Assembly (NCBI GenBank): GCA_023438785.1 | Contig: JAEXQJ010000307.1 | Coordinates: forward strand, 2,093 to 66,092 | Origin: Pseudomonadota bacterium | GTDB lineage: Bacteria > Myxococcota_A > Polyangia > Fen-1088 | DNA: 64,000 nt | Direction of reading: 5' to 3' | In this document: positions 19,372 through 30,892 of the stretch, in pieces | Layout: every line of letters starts with the position of its first letter | Position numbering within the stretch: position 1 is the stretch's first letter | Position numbers and translations under genes: made by a program | The notes under the pieces: generated by a model | What the model was told of the DNA's origin: nothing | What the model saw: the letters and a program-made list of their open reading frames with translations, nothing else | Databases searched by the model: none

Positions 19372-19456
19372 GCACCCGGAAACAACAAACCCCAGAGGCC
19401 CGCTGCTTGCCAGACGGGCTCTCTGGGGTTGCCAGCCGCCTCTCGACGGCGTGAGA

Positions 19457-21187
<1,731 letters not shown>

Positions 21188-21364
21188 GAATATCCTTTTA
21201 CTGCGCTACGATCCGGCCCGGAGGGCCGTCTGGCGCGGAACCGCCCTGTGTTTCTTTCGGCTCCGCGCTGGGTTGTGCTTTTCGTACACTCCGACCACCG
21301 GAGTGCCGAAGGGCGGCGAAAACTACCGCCCCGATCCTGTTCTGTCAACGTGAGCGGGCGGCTG

Positions 21365-22042
21365 CTAGCCACCACGCGTCCGGACCACGGCGAGCATTTT
21401 GCCTACCACCTCGTCGGGGGTCAGGCCCGCCGAATCGATCTCTATCGCGTCTTCAGCGCGGCGTAGAGGCGCGACGGCACGGGTGCGATCGCGTTCATCG
21501 CGCGCGCTCATGTCCGCCAGCACCGCCGTGCGATCCACGACCCGCCCGGTCGCGGCGAGTTCCTCTGCCCTGCGGCGCGCCCTCTCCTCTATTGGTGCGG
21601 TCAGGAAGAACTTGGCTTGAGCATTCGGGAACACGACGGTCCCGATGTCGCGCCCCTCGGCCACCACGCGGCCCTCCGCCCCCATCCGGCGCTGGATATC
21701 GAGCAGTCCCGCTCGCACCGCCGCCTGGGCCGAGACGCGCGAGGCTCCCTCGGAGATTTCGGGGCGACGGATGTCGCTGGTCACGTCCGCGCCGTCGACG
21801 AGCACGCGGCTGGTGGTACCCACGAACGAGATGTCTAGCTGTCCCATCATGGCGCCCAAGGCCCCACCATCGTCCCAGGAGAGTCCGCGTTGGCGCGCCG
21901 CCAGAGCAACGGCGCGATAGAGGGCTCCCGAGTCCAAGAAGAGGTAGCCCAGGCGCGCGGCCAGGTTCCTGGCCACCGTGGACTTGCCCGCTCCTGCTGG
22001 TCCGTCGATGGCCACGACGAAGGATTGCGGATTGGCTGACAT
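21365..22042 (-). CDS. cmk: Cytidylate kinase
   Basis: VAIDGPAGAGKSTVARNLAARLGYLFLDSGALYRAVA. Start re-set to MSANPQSF at 22042. The track ORF adds a spurious 316-codon 5' extension. Confidence 0.9.
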   Translation of the reverse strand: MSANPQSFVVAIDGPAGAGKSTVARNLAARLGYLFLDSGALYRAVALAARQRGLSWDDGGALGAMMGQLDISFVGTTSRVLVDGADVTSDIRRPEISEGASRVSAQAAVRAGLLDIQRRMGAEGRVVAEGRDIGTVVFPNAQAKFFLTAPIEERARRRAEELAATGRVVDRTAVLADMSARDERDRTRAVAPLRRAEDAIEIDSAGLTPDEVVGKMLAVVRTRGG

Positions 22043-22102
22043 GAAGGGGCACCGTATCAGCCGGCTGGGGCGAACGCCAAGGGGCCTCCGGCGTCTGTTA
22101 CT

Positions 22103-23023
22103 ATGGTCACGCAAATGGCATTCCCGAGTTTGTGCGCGCCGCTTTGTCTTTCTCTGGTGATGGCGAGCTGTGCGGCTGGTGATTCGCTCACCGAGAGCGC
22201 CTGGTCCCCCTCGCCTGTCCCGGATCTGGGAGCCGTGGTGGCTCGGGTCGGCAGCGTGCCGATCTACGCGCAGCAAGTGAAGGCTCGCGCCGCGCAGTCG
22301 GGAATCCCGGTGCCCAATGCGTTGCAGGAGCTGATCTCGCTGCACGCGCTTGCGGAGCGCGCGCGGGCGAAGTCCCGCCTGGACGACGGAGATCCAGAGG
22401 TCCAGAGCATCTTGGTGCAACGTTTTCTGGAACGCGAGTTCGAGACGGTTGCTCGGCCGCAAGACGTTCCGGAGCAAGACCTCCGGCGTATCTACGACGG
22501 GGCGCGGGACCGATTCGTACATCCTCGTCTGGTGGAGATCGCCGTGCTGGAGCTGAATGTGCGCGCGAAGGCACCGCCATCGGAACGGGAGCAACAAAAG
22601 AAGTGGGCTCGAGATCTGCTCACCCGCGTGGCGGCAAGTCCCGACCAGTCGCTCCAGGGTTTTCAGGCCATCGCCGACGAGCCGACCTGGAAAGCCAGGG
22701 GACTGCAGCGGGCGCACGTCGTGCAGTGGCCGGACAAGCCCTTCTCCGCGCACGTGGGACAAGCCGCGGCGACGCTGAAGGCGCCGGGCGACATCACCGG
22801 GATCATCGAGGACGACTCTGGCTTCTACATCGCACGCTACGTCGGCGAGGTGCCCGCGTCTCAGATCACGTTCGAGCAGACCCGACAAGAACTGCTTGAC
22901 GGTTACTATCACCACTGGCGCGCCCAGCGGTTCCTGGAGTTCGCGAAAAAAACAACCGAGGCACATCGGGTGGAAATGCACCCGGGGCACCTCGGTTCAT
23001 CGAGCGGCACAAAGGGCTCCTAG
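22103..23023 (+). CDS. SurA N-terminal-domain lipoprotein (periplasmic chaperone/PPIase-like)
   Basis: Lipoprotein signal (LCLSLVMASCAAG) and a SurA_N-like helical segment (IYAQQVKARAAQSG...LQELISLHALAERA...VQRFLEREFE). It lies antisense to the spurious cmk extension. Confidence 0.65.
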   Translation: MVTQMAFPSLCAPLCLSLVMASCAAGDSLTESAWSPSPVPDLGAVVARVGSVPIYAQQVKARAAQSGIPVPNALQELISLHALAERARAKSRLDDGDPEVQSILVQRFLEREFETVARPQDVPEQDLRRIYDGARDRFVHPRLVEIAVLELNVRAKAPPSEREQQKKWARDLLTRVAASPDQSLQGFQAIADEPTWKARGLQRAHVVQWPDKPFSAHVGQAAATLKAPGDITGIIEDDSGFYIARYVGEVPASQITFEQTRQELLDGYYHHWRAQRFLEFAKKTTEAHRVEMHPGHLGSSSGTKGS

Positions 23024-23036
23024 GCCCCGACGGACT

Positions 23037-23342
23037 CTAGGCCTTGCGGAAACGGGACAGGCTGGCCGGCAGGTTGGCGAGGTCCGGCAGGTTCTTGTCC
23101 GGGTGAAGGGCCTTGGCCCGGGCCAAGAGGACATCCTCGGACTCCTTGTTGTTGGGATCGGGGCTGCAGGCCTCCGTCGGGCACACGGCCTGGCAGCGCT
23201 CGTGATCATCGAACCCAACGCACTCGCTGCACTTGGCCGGATCGATCACGTAGGTGCTGTCGCCCTCGCTGATCGCCTCATTGGGGCACTCCGGCTCGCA
23301 GGCGCCGCAATTGATACATTCCTCGGTGATGTGAGTCGCCAT
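23037..23342 (-). CDS. 4Fe-4S ferredoxin (YfhL/FdxA-like)
   Basis: CINCGACEPECP plus a second Cys cluster (CSECV...CQAVCP). 101 aa. Confidence 0.85.
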   Translation of the reverse strand: MATHITEECINCGACEPECPNEAISEGDSTYVIDPAKCSECVGFDDHERCQAVCPTEACSPDPNNKESEDVLLARAKALHPDKNLPDLANLPASLSRFRKA

Positions 23343-23446
23343 GATGCTCCTTTTTGAACGGAGCCGCGGGGCCGCGGCACCTTACTGGTTCGAAAGCACG
23401 GGGAGTGTAGTGAGGCACAGTGCGAGCGTCAACTCGCGATCCGCTC

Positions 23447-26400
23447 TCAGGCTGATGCGGACCCAGCCTGGGTGTCTTCCTCTTCCGCGTGCGCGGTTGC
23501 GCTCGTCTCCCCGTTCGGTGCCTCGGGCTGAGGTGCGGTTCCCGTCCTTCGGCCCCGCAGATTGACAGCCACCAACTTGGAGACGCCGGGCTCCTCCATG
23601 GTCACGCCGCACAGTCGGTCGGCGATCTCCATGGTGGCCTGGTTGTGCGTCACGATGATGAACTGTGAACGGTCCGTCATCTCGCGAACCGCATTGTTGA
23701 AGCGGTCCACGTTGGCCTCGTCGAGCGGCGCATCCACCTCGTCGAGAATGCAGAACGGCGAAGGCTTGACCAAGAAGATGGCGAAGAGCAGCGACACGGC
23801 GGTGAGCGCCTTCTCTCCGCCCGAGAGCAGCTCGATGTTCTGCATGATCTTCTTGCCTGGCGGGTTGGCGACGATCTCCACGCCGGTTTCGAGGAGGTCC
23901 TCTTCGTTGCTCAGCGCCAGATGAGCACGTCCGCCGCCGAACAGGTGCGGGAAGACCTCCTGGAACTTGGCATTCACCGCGTCGAAGACCTCGCGGAATC
24001 GTTTGCGCGAAGCGCGGTTGATCTTCTCGATGGCCGACTCGAGCCGCGCGATGGCCGATTCCAGGTCGGCCTTCTGTGTCGTAAGGAAGTCGTAGCGCTT
24101 CTGCAGCTCTTCCGATTCCTCGATGGCCATCAGGTTGATCTCGCCCATGCGCTCGATGAGGCCGCGCAACTCCTTCATGCGTGACTCGTCCTTGTCGCCG
24201 AAGAGCGGGCGCAGGTGATAGTCGGTGAGCACGCTGGCGATGAGGCCCACGTCGGGGTAGCGCTCCCGAACGTGCTCCTCAAGGGAGGACAGGCGCAGGA
24301 CGAGCTCCTGTCGCCGCAGCTCCAACGCGGAGAGGCGTTGGGCCAACTCGTTCACGCTGCTTCGCGCAGCCCGCAGCTCCGCCTCGCGGCGAGCCAGGTT
24401 TCCGCTCCGCTCTTCCGCGGCGCCTTGGCGCTCGGCGTGGGCACGGGCGCGCTCGTCAGCCTCGGCCTGCAGGAGCGAGGCCTCCTGCCGCATCTGCTCC
24501 GCATCGTGGCGCAACATCTCGGCCCGTTCCGCATCCGCGGTGGACTCTCGATCGAGCTGCTGCCGGCGGCTCTCGTATTCGGCGTTCTCGCGGCCCAAAC
24601 GCTCCAGGGTCTGGCGTGTGGAGCGCCGACGCTCGTCGGCCTGCGCGGCCGCGATCTTGCTCGTCGACAGCTCGGCGTTCAGCGCCTCCGCGCGTTCCTC
24701 CAGACCGGTCACCTCGCCGCGTAGACGGGTCGCGCCAAACTCGTGTTCGGCCACCGTCTCGCGCAGCTCGGCCAGGGAGGCCAGAGCCTCGGCCAGACGG
24801 GTCTCATTCTCGGCGGCGGATGAGCGCAGGGACTCCGCATTGCCCGCGAGCTGAGCCCGACGGTTCTCCAACTGGCTGCGCTCGCGCGTGAGGCGGTCGC
24901 TGTCCTTCTGGTGGGCCAGCAAATCCATTTCATCCCGCCGCAGGGTGGCCACGATTTCGTCGAGCTTGGTCCCCAACTCCGCCAGGGCCTGCTTGTTGCT
25001 CACGTGACGGGCCAGCGCGGCCTGGATGTCCGCCTCCAGGTGCGCAACCACCTCCTCCAGTTCGCGCATCTCGCGCTTCTGGGCCAACACGCCGGCCAGC
25101 GCGGATTCACGTGAACCGCCGGTGACCACGCCGTGCGGGTCGATGACCTCTCCTTCAAGCGTCACCAGGGTCTTGTCCGTCTGGGTCTGGCGCCACAAAT
25201 CGAGCGCGCGCTCCAGGTTCTCGACCACCACCACGTCACCCAGCAGATAGGCCGCCACTCGATCGTACTCTCGGTTGTAGCCGATGAGCTCGAGCATGGG
25301 ACCACGCACGCCCTCGCCGATGGGAAACACGGGCTTGGCCGCGGGCGCCTGCTCGACGGCCACCCCGTCCGCATCATAGACCACCGTGCCCACGGCCGCG
25401 CTGGTCAGGGCCCCCGAGGCGCGCAGCGCGACGGGGATGAAGCTCGAACGCCCCTCGCTCTTGCTCTTGAGGAACTCGATGGCTTCCACGCCCACGTCGT
25501 GGGACTCGACAATGACGTTCCCCAGCCGCTCGCCGAGCACGGCTTCGAGGGCGGTCTCCAACTCGGGCGGAGGCTGCACGATGTCGGCCACCACGCCCCG
25601 CACGCCGCGTGCCGCTGTCGACGTCGCGTCGGCCGCGCTCTCGCTGGCCCGCTGCATGATGGCGCGCACGCCACGCTGGAAGCTCTCGTAGCGGTTCTGG
25701 ATCTCAGCCAGCGAGAGCAGTCGCGAACGCCGGCGATGAGCTTCTTCGCGCAGAGTCTCCAACTCGAGCTCGCCACGCGCCACTTCGTCGCGCAGGGCCG
25801 CCGCCCGCCCCTCGGCCTCGGCCCGCGCCTCAGCCAGCTGCCCGGCTCGGGCCCGGATCTCCGCCACCACTTCCTGGACGGTGGCGCTCTCCAGGCTGAG
25901 CTGTTCGATCTGCTCGGTGGCGCCGGACTCTTCGCCGAGGACGCCCTCCAGACGTCGGGCCAGATCGTCCGCACGCAGCCGCGCGGACTCACTGTCCGAC
26001 TCGAGACGAGCCACGCGGGTCGCCGCGGCCGCCGCGGCGGCGTTGGATTGATCGAGCTGTTGGCGCATCACCATAAGCTCGGCGCGCGCCGCCGCGTAGG
26101 ACTGCTCCTTCTCCTGCAGCTCGCTGGCCCGCACCGCCGCCTCCTCGTCGTGGCGCCCGATGAGCTCTTGCTGCTCCACCAGGATGCGCGCGTTCTCCTC
26201 GATGCGCGCGGCGATGGACTCGACCTCGCGACGTGCACGTTCCGCCCGCTGGACCAGGCCCGCGGCCTCATCGGTGGAGTACTCGGCGCGCTGGGCCAGC
26301 AGCTTGGCCTTGTTCTCGACGGCCAGCAGCTCCTCGCGCGCCGTCGACAGCTCGGCCATTTCCTCGGCCAGAGCCAGACGCTCGACCTCGACGGCGCTCT

Positions 26401-27226
26401 CTTCCGTGAGCAGGGCCGTCGCCTGAGACGTGTGCCGCTGTTCGACGTCCTGATGCTCGACGGCGATGCACTTCTGTTCCGCCAAAAGGGCCAGGTGTTT
26501 CTGACAACTGGTCCACAGCTCGAGATCCTTCAGCTCGGCCTTGTAGCGTTTGTAACGCTCGGCCTTCTGCGCCTGCAGACGCAGCGAACGCAAGCGAGTT
26601 TCAATCTCTGCAATGATGTCCGACACGCGCAGCAAGTGTTGGCGAGTGGCCTCCATGCGCCGCTCGGCGACCTTCTTCTTGGCCTTGTACTTGGTAATGC
26701 CGGCCGCCTCGTCGATGAGGCCGCGTCGCTCCTCGGGACGAGAAGACACGATGAAGCCGATGCGCCCCTGCTCGATGATCGCGTAGGCCTTGGAGCCCAC
26801 GCCCGTGCCCAAGAAGAACTCCACGATGTCGCGCAGACGGCAGGGCACGCCGCCCAGGAGGTATTCGCTGTCTCCGGCGCGATAGAGGCGACGGGTAACC
26901 ACGACCTCGCTCGGCCCCGCGGCGCCCCAGGGGACGCCACCGGCCGTGGCGTCGCCAGGCATGGCGGACGTATCAAACGTGATGGACACCTCCGCCAAGC
27001 CGGCGGGGCCTCGGGTCTCGGAGCCCGCGAAGATCACGTCGTCCATGGCGCGGCCACGCAGGTGCTTGGCCGATTGCTCACCCATGACCCAGCGAATCGA
27101 GTCCACGATATTGGACTTGCCGCACCCATTCGGCCCCACGACGCCCGTGATGGGGTCCTCGAAGTTGATGACAGTTCGGTCAACGAATGACTTGAAGCCG
27201 CAGATTTCGAGTCGTTTGATCCTCAT
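23447..27226 (-). CDS. smc: Chromosome partition protein Smc
   Basis: N-terminal Walker A (GPNGCGKSN), a very long coiled coil, a hinge, and a C-terminal LSGGEKALTAVSLLFAIF signature with Walker B (ILDEVDAPLDE). Start re-set to MRIKRLEICGFKSF at 27226. Confidence 0.93.
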   Translation of the reverse strand: MRIKRLEICGFKSFVDRTVINFEDPITGVVGPNGCGKSNIVDSIRWVMGEQSAKHLRGRAMDDVIFAGSETRGPAGLAEVSITFDTSAMPGDATAGGVPWGAAGPSEVVVTRRLYRAGDSEYLLGGVPCRLRDIVEFFLGTGVGSKAYAIIEQGRIGFIVSSRPEERRGLIDEAAGITKYKAKKKVAERRMEATRQHLLRVSDIIAEIETRLRSLRLQAQKAERYKRYKAELKDLELWTSCQKHLALLAEQKCIAVEHQDVEQRHTSQATALLTEESAVEVERLALAEEMAELSTAREELLAVENKAKLLAQRAEYSTDEAAGLVQRAERARREVESIAARIEENARILVEQQELIGRHDEEAAVRASELQEKEQSYAAARAELMVMRQQLDQSNAAAAAAATRVARLESDSESARLRADDLARRLEGVLGEESGATEQIEQLSLESATVQEVVAEIRARAGQLAEARAEAEGRAAALRDEVARGELELETLREEAHRRRSRLLSLAEIQNRYESFQRGVRAIMQRASESAADATSTAARGVRGVVADIVQPPPELETALEAVLGERLGNVIVESHDVGVEAIEFLKSKSEGRSSFIPVALRASGALTSAAVGTVVYDADGVAVEQAPAAKPVFPIGEGVRGPMLELIGYNREYDRVAAYLLGDVVVVENLERALDLWRQTQTDKTLVTLEGEVIDPHGVVTGGSRESALAGVLAQKREMRELEEVVAHLEADIQAALARHVSNKQALAELGTKLDEIVATLRRDEMDLLAHQKDSDRLTRERSQLENRRAQLAGNAESLRSSAAENETRLAEALASLAELRETVAEHEFGATRLRGEVTGLEERAEALNAELSTSKIAAAQADERRRSTRQTLERLGRENAEYESRRQQLDRESTADAERAEMLRHDAEQMRQEASLLQAEADERARAHAERQGAAEERSGNLARREAELRAARSSVNELAQRLSALELRRQELVLRLSSLEEHVRERYPDVGLIASVLTDYHLRPLFGDKDESRMKELRGLIERMGEINLMAIEESEELQKRYDFLTTQKADLESAIARLESAIEKINRASRKRFREVFDAVNAKFQEVFPHLFGGGRAHLALSNEEDLLETGVEIVANPPGKKIMQNIELLSGGEKALTAVSLLFAIFLVKPSPFCILDEVDAPLDEANVDRFNNAVREMTDRSQFIIVTHNQATMEIADRLCGVTMEEPGVSKLVAVNLRGRRTGTAPQPEAPNGETSATAHAEEEDTQAGSASA

Positions 27227-27417
27227 CCAAGCCCCCGTTGAAGGACGTGATACTATGTGACCATACAAGCCGATGCGTGTGTGGCCACCGCTAGCTATCA
27301 CCCAGAGCCGCAGCTTGTAAAGGCAATCCTCTCCCCAGCGCCGGTTTTCCGGGGGCCGCGATCGACCCCAATTTTCATGGCCAATTTCTCCTCAGATTTT
27401 GGTAGGTTGCGCAGCGA

Positions 27418-28710
27418 ATGAATTGGGGGCTGAGCCCAGACCTGATTGCCGCCCTGGCCGCCGTTGGCGCGGTGGTGCTCACGGCTGCGCTGGCCATCGT
27501 GGCCATCTCGAGAGCGCGCGCCGCCCGGCGTCGCGAAATCGAGGGTGCGGGCACGGCCCGTGTGCATGGCGGCAAGCCGAAACGCCGGGCTCTCCGACCC
27601 GAGGACGTCGCGGGGGAGGCGCCTGAGGGCGAGCCGACCGAAGGGCCGTCCGGCGCTGCTCCGCAGGAGGTCGCGCAGGAGGCCACGAATGAGGCGGCCC
27701 AGGCGGAGGTCATCCCCCTGCCCCAACGGCCCGCCCGGGCTCGGGACGCGGCCGCCCTCCTGCCAGGACTGCAGCGCACTCGGGCCGGCTGGGTGGCGCG
27801 GCTGGGACAGATCTTCGTCGGCAAGAAGGAGATCGATCCCGGCCTCGTCGAGGAGCTGGAAAAGGTTCTTCTCACCGCCGACATCGGCGTCCGCACCAGC
27901 CAGAAACTGCTCGATGAGATTCGCGGCTCGCTCGACAAACGGGAGCTGCGAGATCCAGCGGCTGTCTGGTCGTACCTGCGCCGGCGCGCCATCGAGATCC
28001 TCACCCCCGCTAGGCCCGCTGTCGACTTTGGGGCGGCTCGGCCGTTCGTTTTGCTCGTCATCGGCGTGAACGGCAGCGGAAAGACCACGACCATCGGAAA
28101 GCTGGCCTCCAAGCTCAAGGCCGCGGGGCGCAGTGTTCTGCTCGCTGCCGGGGACACCTTTCGGGCCGCCGCAGCCGAACAGCTTGAGATCTGGGGCGAC
28201 CGCGTGGGAGCTCCCGTCGTGCGAGGCAAAGAAGGCGGCGATCCCTCTTCGGTCGTCTTCGAAGGGGTCAAGCGGGCCCGCGCCGAGAATACTGACGTGG
28301 TGATTGCAGACACGGCGGGCCGTCTGCACACCAAGGCCAATTTGATGGAGGAATTGCAGAAGGTTCGCCGGGTGACGGGCAAGGCCCTGGAGGGAGCGCC
28401 GCACGAGACCTGGCTGGTCATCGACGCCACCAGTGGCCAGAACGCCATCGCTCAGGCCCAGATCTTCGCGCAGGCGATGAACGTCACCGGCATCGTATTG
28501 ACCAAGCTCGACGGAACCGCCAAAGGTGGCGTCATCCTCGGCATCGCTGACCAGCTTGGTATCCCGGTTCGCTACGTGGGCATCGGGGAGCGGGTGGAAG
28601 ACCTGCGCGCCTTCGACGCCGAGGAATTTGTCGAGGCTCTTTTGGGCGACGGGGCTGAACCGGTGGTGCCGGTTCTCGACGGCGACCATGAGACACGACC
28701 ACACACATGA
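27418..28710 (+). CDS. ftsY: Signal recognition particle receptor FtsY
   Basis: NG domain with [22 protein letters not shown] and [10 protein letters not shown]. Divergent from smc. Confidence 0.93.
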   Translation: MNWGLSPDLIAALAAVGAVVLTAALAIVAISRARAARRREIEGAGTARVHGGKPKRRALRPEDVAGEAPEGEPTEGPSGAAPQEVAQEATNEAAQAEVIPLPQRPARARDAAALLPGLQRTRAGWVARLGQIFVGKKEIDPGLVEELEKVLLTADIGVRTSQKLLDEIRGSLDKRELRDPAAVWSYLRRRAIEILTPARPAVDFGAARPFVLLVIGVNGSGKTTTIGKLASKLKAAGRSVLLAAGDTFRAAAAEQLEIWGDRVGAPVVRGKEGGDPSSVVFEGVKRARAENTDVVIADTAGRLHTKANLMEELQKVRRVTGKALEGAPHETWLVIDATSGQNAIAQAQIFAQAMNVTGIVLTKLDGTAKGGVILGIADQLGIPVRYVGIGERVEDLRAFDAEEFVEALLGDGAEPVVPVLDGDHETRPHT

Positions 28711-28838
28711 CCCTTTTTAGTTGATCTGCTGAAATTGACCGTGTTACATTCGCCCGCACCCCTGCCTTCGCGGCCAAGTCTCTGAAATTAAAGCGATTTT
28801 CGTCGGGGGACGCAGGCAACACCCAAGCAAGGAACCGC

Positions 28839-29738
28839 ATGAAACGACTTGCGTTTGGCCTCTTCGTTGTACTTGCACAACTGGGTACTGGGACGTTGGC
28901 TCAAGCCCAGTCGCCATCGGAAGGCGCCGCCGCAGATCCCGCCCCGGCTGCCGACGCGCCCGCCGAGGCGACCAAGGACGAGCTCCCCGATTTGGGCGAC
29001 CTCAGCGAGGCGCCATCGGTCGAGGAGACCACGCCCGCCCCGCCGGTCAGCGCGAGGCGCTCATGGGAGGACATCGTCGTCGTCCCCCGGAAGGCCTTCC
29101 TCAAGGATCTCCGGGTGGAGCTCGCTCCCTTTACCGGAATCTCGGTCAACGACGTGTTGATTCGTCACTACTCGATCGGTGGTGACTTGAACTTCTACCT
29201 GACCGACGTCTTCTCGGTGGGCCTCGAGGGGCAGTACTTCATCAAGGAGCGCTCCTCCCGAGAGTCGCTCATCGGCCTCCAGTACAACCGCGTCACCACG
29301 CTCAACCGCTTCAAGTACCACGGCGCGGTGAACTTCGGGTACGCGGTCGGGTACGGGAAGTTCGCCCTCCTCAACAAGTACATCGTGCACTGGGACACGA
29401 CGGTCTCCGCCGGTATCGGAATGATCTGGACGGAAATCATCCCCCGCAACGTTGGTGATGAGGTGTTCCAGAACAGGAACCTGGCGCCGCACATTGGTCT
29501 GAGCAGCCGGATGTTCGTTCTCGACTGGCTGACGCTCAGCGTGGCCGTGCGCGACTACATCTTCCTCGACAAATTCGAGCCCCTCGATCGTGGACCTGAT
29601 GGCAGCGGCGGGACCCGATATGCCTCCGCCTCGGAAGCCAAGGCGCACGCCGATAGCCAGCTCACGAATAACGTCATGGTCTTCTTCTCGGTCGGGTTCT
29701 TCCTTCCCCCGAGCTTCTCCTACAAGACGCCCCGCTAG
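28839..29738 (+). CDS. Outer-membrane beta-barrel protein (Myxococcales OMP family-like)
   Basis: Signal peptide (LFVVLAQLGTGTLAQAQ). Alternating amphipathic beta-strand pattern with an aromatic-rich C-terminus (FFSVGFFLPPSFSYKTPR). Confidence 0.7.
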   Translation: MKRLAFGLFVVLAQLGTGTLAQAQSPSEGAAADPAPAADAPAEATKDELPDLGDLSEAPSVEETTPAPPVSARRSWEDIVVVPRKAFLKDLRVELAPFTGISVNDVLIRHYSIGGDLNFYLTDVFSVGLEGQYFIKERSSRESLIGLQYNRVTTLNRFKYHGAVNFGYAVGYGKFALLNKYIVHWDTTVSAGIGMIWTEIIPRNVGDEVFQNRNLAPHIGLSSRMFVLDWLTLSVAVRDYIFLDKFEPLDRGPDGSGGTRYASASEAKAHADSQLTNNVMVFFSVGFFLPPSFSYKTPR

Positions 29739-29750
29739 CGAGTTGATGTC

Positions 29751-30593
29751 ATGTCGAAGAAAGAACACGCCATGAAGAAGACAGTCGCCCTGCTCATTGG
29801 GTGTCTACTTGCTGTGCCCAGCCTGGCGCAAGCGGCGCCGGAGCGTCGTAGCCCCCTCGCTGGTGCGCCCGCTATTCGCAAGCGCGTCGAGCTGCGTGAT
29901 TCGCGCTTCGAGCTCGGAGCGGGAGCGGCCGTCACCATCAACCAGGACTTCTACAACGCCGTCCTGCTGAACGTGCGTGCCGCCTACCACTTCAATGACT
30001 GGCTCGGCCTCAGCGTCAACGCGGGCGTCTTCAACGCAACCCCCGATCTGAAGACATCATTTCACAATAAGTTGTCGGACGCCCTCGGGACCTCAGGGCG
30101 TTTGAGCGGAAACACGGGGGATCGGACGCCCACGCCTGCGGACGCAGAGGCGGCGGCGAACCGGATCAACATGATCATCTCGCCGCAGATCGACTGGACG
30201 TTCTTCACGGGCAAGTTTGCTCTCTTCAGCAAGCTGTTCATGAACTACGACGTTTACCTGATGACCGGAGCCAGCTTCATCAATCTGGTAAAGAAGGGCA
30301 CGGTGGATCCTGCCTACTGCTCCCCTACGGATGAGAACCCAGCGCCTCGATGTGAGCCCTTTACCGGCATGAAAGTGGGTGGGAACGTGGGTGTGGGCAT
30401 GCACGCCTTCGTCACCGATTACTTTGCGATCAACCTCGAGGCTCGGGACGTCATCTTCAAGAACAACCCGGCTGGACGCGACGTCAACGGCGACGGGGGG
30501 ACAGACAGCCGCGATTTGTCCTGGGGCCATAACTGGCTGGTTGGGCTGAACCTGACCTTCTTCCTGCCCGGCAAGGCCCGGATTAGCAACTGA
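29751..30593 (+). CDS. Outer-membrane beta-barrel protein, paralog of the gene at 28839
   Basis: Shared motifs with its neighbour: GKFALLNKY/GKFALFSKL; VAVRDYIF/LEARDVIF; FFLP. It starts 12 nt after the neighbour's stop. An alternative start lies at MKKTVALL (29772). Confidence 0.7.
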   Translation: MSKKEHAMKKTVALLIGCLLAVPSLAQAAPERRSPLAGAPAIRKRVELRDSRFELGAGAAVTINQDFYNAVLLNVRAAYHFNDWLGLSVNAGVFNATPDLKTSFHNKLSDALGTSGRLSGNTGDRTPTPADAEAAANRINMIISPQIDWTFFTGKFALFSKLFMNYDVYLMTGASFINLVKKGTVDPAYCSPTDENPAPRCEPFTGMKVGGNVGVGMHAFVTDYFAINLEARDVIFKNNPAGRDVNGDGGTDSRDLSWGHNWLVGLNLTFFLPGKARISN

Positions 30594-30603
30594 GGACTCG
30601 CCC

Positions 30604-30843
30604 GTGTCTCAGAAGAGGAAAGTCACCCTCTACTTCAACGCGGGCATGTTGGCTGATACCCAGAGAGAGGCCTTGCGTCAGGACCGATCCATCTCTTGGA
30701 TCATTCAGGCTGCCTGGCGCATCGCCCGAGATGAGATGAAGCGGATGCCTGCTGCCATCCCGCAGCAGGCGTCGCCCGATTCGGTCGAGCCGCAGCTCCC
30801 CGACGCGACGACGGGCAACGCCCTGCCCCACGGCCAGGCGTAG
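30604..30843 (+). CDS. Small ribbon-helix-helix (CcdA/CopG-like) protein with a GTG start
   Basis: KRKVTLYFN looks like a beta strand, followed by two helices (GMLADTQREALRQD; SISWIIQAAWRIARDEM), the RHH layout. A GAGGA Shine-Dalgarno sits 8 nt upstream. GC is about 58%, lower than neighbouring genes, so coding status is uncertain. Confidence 0.45.
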   Translation: MSQKRKVTLYFNAGMLADTQREALRQDRSISWIIQAAWRIARDEMKRMPAAIPQQASPDSVEPQLPDATTGNALPHGQA

Positions 30844-30871
30844 GTCGCGAAATCCACAGAGAGCGTGGCAA

Positions 30872-30885
30872 GCCCGGCGCCGGGC
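30872..30885. terminator. Perfect 14-bp GC palindrome (gcccggcgccgggc) between the convergent RHH gene and the kinase-activator gene. Possible bidirectional terminator.
   Basis: The palindrome is visible in the sequence. It lacks a T-tract, so it is at best a weak intrinsic terminator. Confidence 0.3.
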
Positions 30886-30892
30886 GGGAACG

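Noticed and set aside
21365-22990. 541-aa cmk as called in the track
   Set aside because: Only the last 225 aa are Cmk. The upstream 316 codons have no kinase similarity and overlap a better plus-strand SurA-like gene.
25133-27190. 685-aa plus-strand ORF
   Set aside because: Antisense to the smc coiled-coil region.
28805-28825. Sigma-54-like aGGCAa-N5-aaGCAa upstream of the first OMP gene
   Set aside because: The flanking T of TGGC and the TT of TTGC are both missing. The predicted start would fall on the start codon. Too weak.
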